Shown here: positions 48,301 through 55,863 of the stretch, piece after piece | Layout: the number at the start of each line of letters is the position of its first letter | Numbering within the stretch: the stretch's first letter is position 1 | Assembly (NCBI GenBank): GCA_964527185.1 | Contig: CAZGOI010000001.1 | Coordinates: forward strand, 300,410 to 356,575 | From: an uncultured Candidatus Saccharibacteria bacterium | Lineage (GTDB): Bacteria; Patescibacteriota; Minisyncoccia; Phycocordibacterales; UBA9973 | Direction of reading: 5' to 3' | DNA: 56,166 bases | Translations under genes and position numbers: made by a program | The notes under the pieces: model-generated | Told to the model about the DNA's origin: nothing | The model's input: only the letters and a program-made list of their open reading frames with translations | Database searches by the model: none

Positions 48301-48365
48301 ATGTGATCTTCCAACCCTTGTTGGTCAAACACAGAGGTTTTCTTTTGGAAAGTTGTTGTTGTCAT
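45306..48365 (-). CDS. SF2 DExH helicase (ResIII/Irc3-like core) with three C-terminal dsRBD-like domains
   Basis: WRVTQ, PTGSGKS, DESH, LSAT, EGIDLP, QNLGRGIR. C-terminal repeats end in SKEVAEKAAA, EAKKFAR and HAIQRAAGLA. Confidence 0.8.
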   Translation of the reverse strand: MTTTTFQKKTSVFDQQGLEDHITHGCNLIHVIEKYGFSLERSHVIREVAKDVIMGNSFLHKSLNNALLKHKNVVDVFIKHLEKTLVPLHFGISRNWRVTQKELLLATLQTLSRGYVRPLSEVPTGSGKSMHIGALVRAAIDTMRELGLDYEIHILTSRVAIAGQLIEEELPKEEAEDIPLEIGRKGDVRIWIPDISDDKIRVLAGNQSGQKKELAKDSILTISTYQGLRAQRITDQFRKPVFMTICDESHRVTERIAVLLEEMKTLVFGLSATVIGPDRDPFFFFEKIYRPELSEAKQKNDYVGFLNYHKSISEMILYQELKQVRLIKINGVKIDISEAKTKSGHGTYDVLNDDSVARILSKNPTIAAEVVAEAYIGDHPGLRLADSKPIYQRRGIVFVDRINTAKLCAEECNKILAEKIKEKYGKDVHFRAAYVDGRMSEGEYNVVIEKFRKGEITLIFSAEKVGEGIDLPFVNMIILLRPLGLGSQWKLVQNLGRGIRIDKDSPLDDLVILDLVFVSDKHLLASVLGIFGRSTIISGGLIAGWGTAYEIEKKVFELLRKGKSWTEIWNLLNTEERRAFPFIEQKMYEEQTRSLTGPQSEDNVNVITSNMFRLGEINFIEQEELRLALSLGNKEEMLKYTSEILIKEGFDSIDALMSVRQSSLHSFAKRRFDKFRNGLIMVNLNLNENKTSLTSSNMTSFIELMRRAGLQERRSFHDPRVNKYASTQSGFNQPKKRIENKVIPSKKKIGFGVIEKKTGIGLVGNEFPIETLNFTCRKFFGVEPDITSHPRDLYKQEPKYIAQAHLELPEGLKYSSPIVSSVSKEVAEKAAAVEFQKIIDAKMVSGEITVYVGSKRFNNLLKALELMVYENQYQEVIYTITERNNLSVVVAYVEKFKGIKFSGKPAFHQNVDEAKKFARVTLALQLTYSLPSFSRCADTNVSKKPMAMLENLCEKARFGEIKKSTTEVKHKNNVLYKGRIKVLGWETSALGITPEHAIQRAAGLAYEELSQHVGGQAIN

Positions 48366-48390
48366 ATTAAAGGTTTTTTGTTATTAAAAA

Positions 48391-48439
48391 TTTGTTAGGT
48401 TATTTTAAGGCTCACCGAGCTCTAAAATAACCCAACAAA
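48391..48439 (-). promoter_or_regulatory. ~23-bp 5'UTR hairpin
   Basis: On the minus (mRNA) strand the stem has 20 Watson-Crick pairs, 2 G-U pairs, 1 mismatch and a 3-nt loop. Confidence 0.75.
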
Positions 48440-48480
48440 ATAAAAACAAAACCTTCTTTTTAAGGTTCATATTCACGCAC

Positions 48481-48509
48481 ATAATACTATTAAAATTAAA
48501 TTATGTCAA
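48481..48509 (-). promoter_or_regulatory. Sigma70-type promoter for the helicase
   Basis: TTGACA-N17-TATTAT on the minus strand. Confidence 0.65.
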
Positions 48510-48511
48510 AT

Positions 48512-49573
48512 TTATTCTTCTGTCTGTGGTTTGTCGAGGGTCATCGTCTCGATGTCGATTGCCTGGCCGGTGATGCGCATAACATCCTTGTCTATTTTTC
48601 TAAATTCATGATTTGATTTGTTGAATTGGTTGACAGTCGTCTCGAGCGATTTGCCGAGCTTGGCATGAATGTCTTCGTATGTCCGCAAATGGCTACCGAG
48701 TTCGCCAACCCGCTTGATGATGTCCTTGGCACTTTCCTCGATTTGTAACGCTTTGAGTCCCTGGAGGACAGTTTGCAGATAGGCCAGGAATGAAGTGGGG
48801 GAGACAATAATGACTTTATACTTAGAAGCGGCGCGCTGGATCAAATTGTCCGCTTCATCATCGCCACCACCGATTTTATTTACGAGCAAATCATAATATA
48901 TTGCCTCGTGGGGGATAAACATAAAAGCAAAATCCATAGTCCCTTGCTCTGGCTGTATATATTTTGATGTTTCGACAATTCTATTTTTTAGATCATTTAT
49001 AAATATCTTTTCTAATCGTTCTTTTTCACCCTTGTCGTTTGTTTCCGAAATACGATTGTAATTCTCGAGTGAGAATTTCGAATCAATAGGTATTATCTTA
49101 TCTTTTACCTTGACGATAGCATCTGGAATTAAATCTCTCCCTTCTTCATCTTTTCCTAATCGATATTGTACTTCATACGTTCCTGGTGGCATGACATTCT
49201 TGAGCAATGTCTCTAGATAATATTCACCGAGGATTCCTCGTTGTTTTGGATTCTTCAAAATATCTTGCAAGTTCCGCAACTGGTCGGCAAAAGACACCAC
49301 TTGTTTGTTGGTCTCGTCGAGCCGGGTGATTTTTTCAGTGATGTCGGCAATGATGCGCGATGTCTCGCTCGATTGATATCGCATGCTCTGGTTGATTTCT
49401 TTTTGCGATTCCCCGAGCTTGGCATCGATTGTACGAGAGAGTTCATTGATCTGGGTGAGTAAAAGTTGTACAGATTTATCGGTTCCATTTGAACCTTGTT
49501 TTTTTTGAGAGAAAAACCAACCTATCGCTAAGCCAAAAACAATTCCAATCATTACAATAAAAGTCATACCCAT
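48512..49573 (-). CDS. rmuC: DNA recombination protein RmuC
   Basis: TM plus coiled coil, LKNPKQRGILGEYYLE, PDAIV, IDSKF, FAFMFIPHE, SPT. Confidence 0.93.
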   Translation of the reverse strand: MGMTFIVMIGIVFGLAIGWFFSQKKQGSNGTDKSVQLLLTQINELSRTIDAKLGESQKEINQSMRYQSSETSRIIADITEKITRLDETNKQVVSFADQLRNLQDILKNPKQRGILGEYYLETLLKNVMPPGTYEVQYRLGKDEEGRDLIPDAIVKVKDKIIPIDSKFSLENYNRISETNDKGEKERLEKIFINDLKNRIVETSKYIQPEQGTMDFAFMFIPHEAIYYDLLVNKIGGGDDEADNLIQRAASKYKVIIVSPTSFLAYLQTVLQGLKALQIEESAKDIIKRVGELGSHLRTYEDIHAKLGKSLETTVNQFNKSNHEFRKIDKDVMRITGQAIDIETMTLDKPQTEE

Positions 49574-49610
49574 AGAATAATTTTAACACAATATATAAAA
49601 AGATTCCCAC

Positions 49611-50099
49611 CTATACGAAGGCGGGAATCTGATTATTACTGATGAAAAAATTTTTGCCAAGAGGATGCTCCATATTTATTAGAGTATTCTGATCGGCAAT
49701 CTCGTAGACTTTTTTTAATTTTATTTTAAGCTTTTGGGCGAATATCTCAAATATTTGCCTTTCTGCCCAGAAAAGATCGGCCGGACTTAAATCTTCATCT
49801 TCAGATTTAGCCCTATGAAGCAATGCAATTGCTTCCTTATAACCGAACCTGATATGACACGACAAAAATATGGGTATAGCTGCAGAATGAACTTCCCTAT
49901 ATGCAATGCCGACGAACTTGAGCCCACTCTCTTGCATTGCATTTATCATTCTTGTTGCTGCTATCAATTCACCACCATTTGTGTCAAAAACCATGTATAC
50001 ATAATCAGTCATTCCTTTTATTTTCCTCAAAAAGCTTAAAAATTGGCCTAAAAGATTCAAATCAATCCTTCGATTGATTCGGAAAAACCTGTTGTACAT
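49611..50099 (-). CDS. Divergent ClpP/crotonase-fold protease-like protein
   Basis: DTNGG resembles NSPGG; VHSAA resembles AASMG; LLH resembles IMIH. Confidence 0.55.
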   Translation of the reverse strand: MYNRFFRINRRIDLNLLGQFLSFLRKIKGMTDYVYMVFDTNGGELIAATRMINAMQESGLKFVGIAYREVHSAAIPIFLSCHIRFGYKEAIALLHRAKSEDEDLSPADLFWAERQIFEIFAQKLKIKLKKVYEIADQNTLINMEHPLGKNFFISNNQIPAFV

Positions 50100-50175
50100 A
50101 TAGGATGAGTTTTTGTTGACTTTTTAATAATTTACCGTTATAATGCATCATTATAATTAAAAAGTCAAGTAAAAT

Positions 50176-50406
50176 ATGGATGAAGGATATAAACCAAAAA
50201 TAACAGATAAAGTAGAGCGTGAACTATATGAAAAGTGTCATGCTAAAAATAATTTGATAACCGAAAAAGATTGGATGGAGTTACGCAGAATTGCACTTTC
50301 TGCACACACTCCTGGTGTTAAAAAATTCTTTGAGGTTGCAGGTGTTGTTATGGAAAATAAACCTGATACCGATACTATTAACCAACTGAAAGATAAAGTT
50401 GTCTAA
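50176..50406 (+). CDS. Hypothetical small protein
   Basis: 76-aa ORF behind TTGACT-17-TATAAT and followed by a long inverted repeat. Confidence 0.6.
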   Translation: MDEGYKPKITDKVERELYEKCHAKNNLITEKDWMELRRIALSAHTPGVKKFFEVAGVVMENKPDTDTINQLKDKVV

Positions 50407-50454
50407 ACTATAAAAAGAAAAACACATTAAACTGTGTTTTTCTTTTTATAGTTT
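50405..50454. terminator. Perfect 22-bp inverted repeat between convergent genes
   Basis: AAACTATAAAAAGAAAAACACA-ttaaac-TGTGTTTTTCTTTTTATAGTTT. Confidence 0.75.
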
Positions 50455-51168
50455 TCCTAAATAATATTTAAGCGTATAAATCCAATCTTCTTCGTTGTCT
50501 GGGTTTTGTTCTTTCTGGCCGAGCATCCATTCGAGGTAGCCTCGATCCATGGCACAGACTTCTTCGACAGTCTTGCCATTGTATTTTCCAAAAGAAAAGC
50601 TGTTCATGAGTGACGGGTGAGACGAGATCTCGATCATCCTCTCTATGGCTTCATCTTTTTTTAAATTTTCACTCTCCATAATTTTTAGAAGTAAACGTTC
50701 AAAAAGTTTTTCAAGCACCAGCACGTCGCCCAGGGCATCGTGGGCCTCTGCTTTTACATCGAGGTCGAGATAATATCGCAAATACTGCAATTTGTATTGA
50801 GGAATAATATTTTTTGCATCAAGCGCCCGGGCAACACGCAGTGTATCGATAGAATTTTCGATAAAAATATCTTCGTTGCGCATGATTGCAATATCGAACT
50901 TGGCGTTGTGGGCCACGATAACCGACATCGGGTCCTCGAGCAAAATTTTAATAGCTCCATACTTGTCGCTTTCCTTAAAAGCTTTCTTGTCGGCGACGGT
51001 TTTATTCGTAATGTGGGTCACGGCGCTCGCCTCTGGCGGTATTGGTATCGGCGGTTTAAAAATCTCGCAAAAAGTTTCCTCTGTTGTTTTATAGGCCAGT
51101 TGGCAAAGAAAATCCTTCGCCGGTTCATTGCCGGTTGTCTCCGTATCCAGAAAAATAATCTTTTTCAT
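50446..51168 (-). CDS. DEDDh 3'-5' exonuclease (ExoX-like) with a C-terminal FGKY domain
   Basis: FLDTETTG, AHNAKFD, AHDALGDV, FSFGKYNG. Confidence 0.9.
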   Translation of the reverse strand: MKKIIFLDTETTGNEPAKDFLCQLAYKTTEETFCEIFKPPIPIPPEASAVTHITNKTVADKKAFKESDKYGAIKILLEDPMSVIVAHNAKFDIAIMRNEDIFIENSIDTLRVARALDAKNIIPQYKLQYLRYYLDLDVKAEAHDALGDVLVLEKLFERLLLKIMESENLKKDEAIERMIEISSHPSLMNSFSFGKYNGKTVEEVCAMDRGYLEWMLGQKEQNPDNEEDWIYTLKYYLGKL

Positions 51169-51251
51169 GCTGACATTCTAGCATTTTAAACACAAAAAAG
51201 CAGAATTCATATAGAATCCCGCTTTTTCTAAATCTTTTTCACTTTTATCTT

Positions 51252-51653
51252 TTACAAAGACCTTCGAAACACCAACATTGAAGTCGTGCCCATACCACAT
51301 ATCGCCAGGAAGTCCATAGGCTTCACCGTGTACTGGTATGAATTGTTCAACACTTCAACAAAGTTGAACTTTACCGTTACCCTGGCGCCAATCGCTGGTG
51401 CGTCTTTGGTGTAAGAAACACCAACGGTAATACCGGCATCTGTCCTGACATTAATATAGTTATCAGCCGGAATAGGTGCGGGGTTTGTCCATTGCAATGG
51501 ACCGGAAATGGCAGTAGCCATCATCGGGTCGATCTGATGTGTCGTACAAAGATCCTTTGAAGTATTTGATTCAGTAATGTTTGTTACCTCTTCTTTTTTA
51601 CATGAGGCAACAAGAATCAACAACAAAAAAATGGATAAAAAGTACTTTTTCAT
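51252..51653 (-). CDS. Hypothetical lipoprotein
   Basis: MKKYFLSIFLLLILVASCKKEE lipoprotein signal. Confidence 0.65.
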   Translation of the reverse strand: MKKYFLSIFLLLILVASCKKEEVTNITESNTSKDLCTTHQIDPMMATAISGPLQWTNPAPIPADNYINVRTDAGITVGVSYTKDAPAIGARVTVKFNFVEVLNNSYQYTVKPMDFLAICGMGTTSMLVFRRSL

Positions 51654-51774
51654 AAAAACGTAATTTTAAGGTTATGAGATGATTTCCGCCTATTATATCA
51701 TAAAATATATAATAGTCAAGGAGATATTTTTTCTAAAGTAGGCTTAAATTTGAAAAATCTGTTATAATACCCTT

Positions 51775-52227
51775 ATGTTGCAAGAAGATATAAAGAAGAA
51801 TATTAAGGAAGCGATGATGAAGAAAGACGCCATCGTGCTTGAAGTCATGCGCGGCCTGACGACCGCTTTTACAAATGAACTCGTCGCCACTGGTCGCAAG
51901 CCACAAGACGTCTTGACCGACGAGCAGGCCATCGCCGTCATTACCCGTCTTTCAAAACAGCGCAAAGATTCTATCGAACAATTCACAAAAGGCGGTCGCA
52001 TGGATCTTGTTGAAAAAGAGCAGGCCGAACTGGCCATACTCGAGAAGTATTTGCCGAAGATGATGGAGGCAAGCGAAGTCGAAAAAATTGCCCGCGCCAA
52101 AAAAGCCGAGCTCGGGATAGAAGATAAATCAAAATCAGGCATGCTAATGTCAGCCATCATGAAAGATTTGAAAGGCAAAGCCGACGGCAATGTCGTTAAA
52201 CAAGTAGTAGATTCACTTTTTGCATAA
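51775..52227 (+). CDS. GatB/YqeY domain protein
   Basis: EAMMKKD, KQRKDSIEQFTKGGRMDLVEKEQAE, GKADG. Confidence 0.93.
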   Translation: MLQEDIKKNIKEAMMKKDAIVLEVMRGLTTAFTNELVATGRKPQDVLTDEQAIAVITRLSKQRKDSIEQFTKGGRMDLVEKEQAELAILEKYLPKMMEASEVEKIARAKKAELGIEDKSKSGMLMSAIMKDLKGKADGNVVKQVVDSLFA

Positions 52228-52230
52228 TTT

Positions 52231-52572
52231 ATGAAGATTATTTTACATTGGTTAGTGCTCTCGGTTGCCGTCTGGGCAACGACACAGATAGTCTCTGGCA
52301 TTTCGATCAACCCGCTTCCGGTCGCGCTCATCGTCGGCGCCTGCCTAACACTTTTCAATATGTTCATAAAGCCAATCATCAATATCCTAACCCTGCCGAT
52401 CAACATCGTTACCCTCGGGCTCTTCTCGCTCGTCGTCAACGGCTTTCTATTTTGGTTTCTTGGCAGCGTTGTTCGCGGTTTTGCCGTCACCAATTTCACT
52501 GCTGCATTTGTCGGGGCTATAGTTGTCTCGGTCATCAACTGGCTCATCACCAAGGTTCTCAAGCTCGATTAG
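52231..52572 (+). CDS. Phage-holin-family (YvlD/DUF360-like) membrane protein
   Basis: IKPIINILTLPINIVTLGLFSLVVNG. Confidence 0.9.
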   Translation: MKIILHWLVLSVAVWATTQIVSGISINPLPVALIVGACLTLFNMFIKPIINILTLPINIVTLGLFSLVVNGFLFWFLGSVVRGFAVTNFTAAFVGAIVVSVINWLITKVLKLD

Positions 52573-52578
52573 TTTTCT

Positions 52579-53190
52579 ATGCTAACCCTCAGCCACATTA
52601 GGCATTTTGTCGAGTTGCATGCAGATATTGCCTACCTCTTGATAGTCCTCGGCGTCATCATCGAGGGTGAGATCGTTGTCATCATCGCTGGCATATTTGC
52701 CAACCTTGGCTCGCTCAATATTTTTGTCGCATTTATCATGACGATGATCGGTGGTGCATCAAAATCGATCATAGGCTATAGTTTCGGCTATTATTTACAA
52801 AGAAAGCATTCAGAAAATTCTATCGTCAAATATTCCGAGCGTCGGGTCGGTTATTTCTTGCCTCGATTTGGCGAGCGACCATTTTTTTCAGTCTTTGCTT
52901 CGAGGTTTTTGATACTCGGCCTGCACTGGTTCACGCTCGTTTTCTCTGGTTACAAAAAGATCAAGCTTCGGACATTTGCCGAGGCCGAGCTTGCCTCCCT
53001 CATGCTCTGGTCGACCTTGGTACTTGCGCTCGGTTACTTTTTCAGCTACACTGCGCTGTCGATTAGTCGAGACGTGCGCAGGTTCATCGGCATCATATTC
53101 CTATTCTTTATAGCATTTTTCATCCTCGAGAAGATCATAGCCTTTATCATAGAGGTCACCACGACCAAGAATAAAAAATACCAAGAATAA
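52579..53190 (+). CDS. DedA family membrane protein
   Basis: IIEGEIVVIIAG, GYSFGYY, SRF. Confidence 0.82.
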   Translation: MLTLSHIRHFVELHADIAYLLIVLGVIIEGEIVVIIAGIFANLGSLNIFVAFIMTMIGGASKSIIGYSFGYYLQRKHSENSIVKYSERRVGYFLPRFGERPFFSVFASRFLILGLHWFTLVFSGYKKIKLRTFAEAELASLMLWSTLVLALGYFFSYTALSISRDVRRFIGIIFLFFIAFFILEKIIAFIIEVTTTKNKKYQE

Positions 53191-53192
53191 TT

Positions 53193-54083
53193 ATGTCACT
53201 ATTTAATAAAAAGAAAATATTGGTTACACACAATGGAACCTTTCATACCGACGAGATTTTTGCAACGGCTGCGCTCTCGATACTTTTTAATGGAAATATA
53301 AAAGTTATTCGCACCCGCGATCCAAAATGGTTTGAAAAAGCCGATTTTCTATACGATCTCGGTGGAGAGTATAACCCATCACGTAATCGTTTTGATCACC
53401 ATCAGCCCGGAGGTGCCGGCAAGCGGGAAAATGGTATTCCGTATGCAACTTTCGGTCTAATATGGAAAACTTACGGCGAAAAAATTTGTGGATCTAAAGA
53501 AATCGCTGAACACATTGACCAAAGTTTAGTCCAATCAATCGATGCGCCAGATAATGGTTTAGATACTTTTAAAGTTACTACAGAGGCCGGCGGTCCCTAT
53601 ACTATAGACGATGTTGTAAATGCATTTCGCCCTAGCTGGAAGGAAGATGAAGAATCGGATGAACCATTTTTCAAATTAGTTGATTGGGCCAAAGAATTTC
53701 TTTTGCGAAAGATTTCCAAAAATAAAGATCGAATTGAAGGAGAAAAATTTGTAAAGCAAGCTTACGACCAAGCAACCGATAAAAGACTGATAGTTCTGCC
53801 AGACTATTATCCTTGGCGCAATTTATTTCTGAAATATCCCGAGCCTCTATATGTTGTCGTTCCCAGAATGAATAAATGGAATGTCTATGCCACCCAGAAA
53901 GAAAAAGGATCATTTGAAAACCGAAAATCGCTTCCAAAAGAATGGGCAGGCTTGCGAGACGAGGCCCTCGCCAAAGCCTCTGGTGTAGCAGATGCTACTT
54001 TTTGCCACAACGCGCTTTTTCTAGCTGTCGCTAAATCAAAAGAAGGGGCCATAGAACTTGCCAAGAAGGCACTCGAATCATAA
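53193..54083 (+). CDS. MYG1 family exonuclease
   Basis: THNGTFHTDE, RTRD, FDHHQ, FCHNALF. Confidence 0.93.
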   Translation: MSLFNKKKILVTHNGTFHTDEIFATAALSILFNGNIKVIRTRDPKWFEKADFLYDLGGEYNPSRNRFDHHQPGGAGKRENGIPYATFGLIWKTYGEKICGSKEIAEHIDQSLVQSIDAPDNGLDTFKVTTEAGGPYTIDDVVNAFRPSWKEDEESDEPFFKLVDWAKEFLLRKISKNKDRIEGEKFVKQAYDQATDKRLIVLPDYYPWRNLFLKYPEPLYVVVPRMNKWNVYATQKEKGSFENRKSLPKEWAGLRDEALAKASGVADATFCHNALFLAVAKSKEGAIELAKKALES

Positions 54084-54086
54084 TCT

Positions 54087-55049
54087 ATGTTTATAGACGA
54101 AATAAAATTTCATGCATGGGCAGGTCGCGGGGGCGATGGAGTTGTTCGCTGGCGCCGAGAAAAATTTATCGACAAGGGTGGTCCCAACGGTGGCGACGGT
54201 GGTCGAGGGGGCAGTATCTATGCGGTCGCCGTTCACGATATTCACTTGCTCGCCAAGTATAAACACAAAAAAGAATTTGAAGCCGAAAATGGCGATGACG
54301 GCGCTGGCGGTTCGCGGCACGGCAGAGATGGCGAAGATTTAATAATCGAATTGCCGATCGGTTCGATCATCACAAATATAGAATCCGAAGTATCCGTCTC
54401 GCTTGAAACAATCGGCCAAAAGGAATTGTTGCTCAAAGGTGGCGCTGGTGGCTATGGCAACGAGCAATTTAAAACTTCGACAAATACCACTCCAAAGCAT
54501 GCAACGAGCGGCAAAAGGGGCGAGGAGGGAAATTTTAAAGTCGAACTCGAACTTTTTGCCGACCTAGGCCTCGTTGGTTTGCCAAACGCTGGCAAATCTT
54601 CGCTCTTAAATAATATTACAAATGCCGAAGCCAAAGTCGGCAGCTACCAATTCACGACACTCGACCCAAACCTCGGTGATTTCTATGGCTACATCGTTGC
54701 CGACATTCCCGGGCTTATCGAAGGGGCGAGCAGTGGCAAAGGGCTCGGTATAAAATTTTTAAAGCACATCAAACGCACCGAGATGCTCGCCCACCTAGTC
54801 TCTTTTGAAAACGAAGACATGATGAAATCATATAAAGAGATTCGCAAAGAGCTCGCCGCCTATGATAAATCGCTTCTCGATAAAAAAGAAGTGATCGTTT
54901 TAACAAAGACAGATGTCGTCGATCAGAAAACAGTTGATAAAATAGTAAAAAAATTTGAAAAATTAGAAAAACCAGTGCTAACGCTCTCGCTCTATGACAA
55001 TAAATCTATAAAAGAATTTTCAAAACAACTTGCAAAGTTATTGAAATAG
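54087..55049 (+). CDS. obg: GTPase Obg/CgtA (short form)
   Basis: GGDGGRGG, GLPNAGKSS, YQFTTLDPNLG, DIPGLIEGA. Confidence 0.96.
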   Translation: MFIDEIKFHAWAGRGGDGVVRWRREKFIDKGGPNGGDGGRGGSIYAVAVHDIHLLAKYKHKKEFEAENGDDGAGGSRHGRDGEDLIIELPIGSIITNIESEVSVSLETIGQKELLLKGGAGGYGNEQFKTSTNTTPKHATSGKRGEEGNFKVELELFADLGLVGLPNAGKSSLLNNITNAEAKVGSYQFTTLDPNLGDFYGYIVADIPGLIEGASSGKGLGIKFLKHIKRTEMLAHLVSFENEDMMKSYKEIRKELAAYDKSLLDKKEVIVLTKTDVVDQKTVDKIVKKFEKLEKPVLTLSLYDNKSIKEFSKQLAKLLK

Positions 55050-55102
55050 ATTGACAAAAATTTTATAAAAAAGTAGCATAAAAGCAATCAAAACTTTATA
55101 CT

Positions 55103-55456
55103 ATGAAATTGCTCTTTATTCTAAATGAAGGTGATGCCGGTAAGGTTGTATCTGCTTTAAAGATTGCTAAGGTAAACATCATGACGGTTATGTTATACAA
55201 TGCGCTTCATACAGAAAAATTAGAAAATTTTTTAAGAGAAAACCGACCCAGACTGGTCTTTATAGATGGCACACTTGAAGATAACCCAAAACATTTTTCT
55301 GCTCTATATGCTTGTGTAATCAATACAATCAATAGAAATGATATGCATTGTGGTGTTTATACCTATAATAAGGATCCTGAGATAAAACTCATAGGAAGAA
55401 CAAGCCACATTGATAATTTTCAAGAAATTACAGCTCTACAAAAAAATCTTAAATGA
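55103..55456 (+). CDS. Hypothetical protein, possibly a degenerate receiver domain
   Basis: RPRLVFIDGTL resembles the receiver-domain PDLILLD strand. Confidence 0.45.
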   Translation: MKLLFILNEGDAGKVVSALKIAKVNIMTVMLYNALHTEKLENFLRENRPRLVFIDGTLEDNPKHFSALYACVINTINRNDMHCGVYTYNKDPEIKLIGRTSHIDNFQEITALQKNLK

Positions 55457-55460
55457 ATTG

Positions 55461-55490
55461 AAAAAAGAAACTCAACCAGTTTCTTTTTTT
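55461..55490. terminator. Inverted repeat between the hypothetical gene and tRNA-Lys
   Basis: AAAAAAGAAACT...AGTTTCTTTTTT. Confidence 0.6.
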
Positions 55491-55492
55491 TG

Positions 55493-55565
55493 TGCCCCGT
55501 GAGGGAATCGAACCCCCGACCATCTCCTTAAGAGGGAGCTGCTCTACCAGCTGAGCTAACAGGGC
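55493..55565 (-). tRNA. tRNA-Lys(CTT)
   Basis: GCCCTGT acceptor stem, CT-CTT-AA anticodon loop, GGTTCGATTCC. Confidence 0.93.
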
Positions 55566-55643
55566 AAGAAAACTACCCACACTATAATACTTATCTATTA
55601 TTTTTACAATCCCAGCCTTATTTCATAAGGATCTTTCTCTGGC

Positions 55644-55671
55644 TTGACTTCTTTTTTTATATGTATATAAT
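55644..55671 (+). promoter_or_regulatory. rRNA promoter
   Basis: TTGACT-N16-TATAAT about 190 nt upstream of the 16S start. Confidence 0.6.
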
Positions 55672-55863
55672 ATAGCCCACAGTCAGGTAACTCCGGCTGT
55701 TTTAATTTCCTTGAAATTTTAATAGGTAATGCATTAAGTAAGTAAAGTTTATCTTAATATTGCTCGCCGAGAGCTAATCACAATTGGCGAGACAAGTCAG
55801 TTTGCCCTCCAGGGATGGATGGGCGCTGGAACAAAATATTTTTTCTTTTGTTCCGTTCTATTT

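Noticed and set aside
52231-52572. Prophage suggested by a holin-family gene
   Set aside because: This family is commonly chromosomal, and no phage genes are nearby.
380-54634. The many 60-270 aa ORFs antisense to or overlapping core genes (e.g. 22872-23564, 19043-19747, 51762-52562)
   Set aside because: Shadow ORFs of well-supported genes, with no motifs or expression signals of their own.
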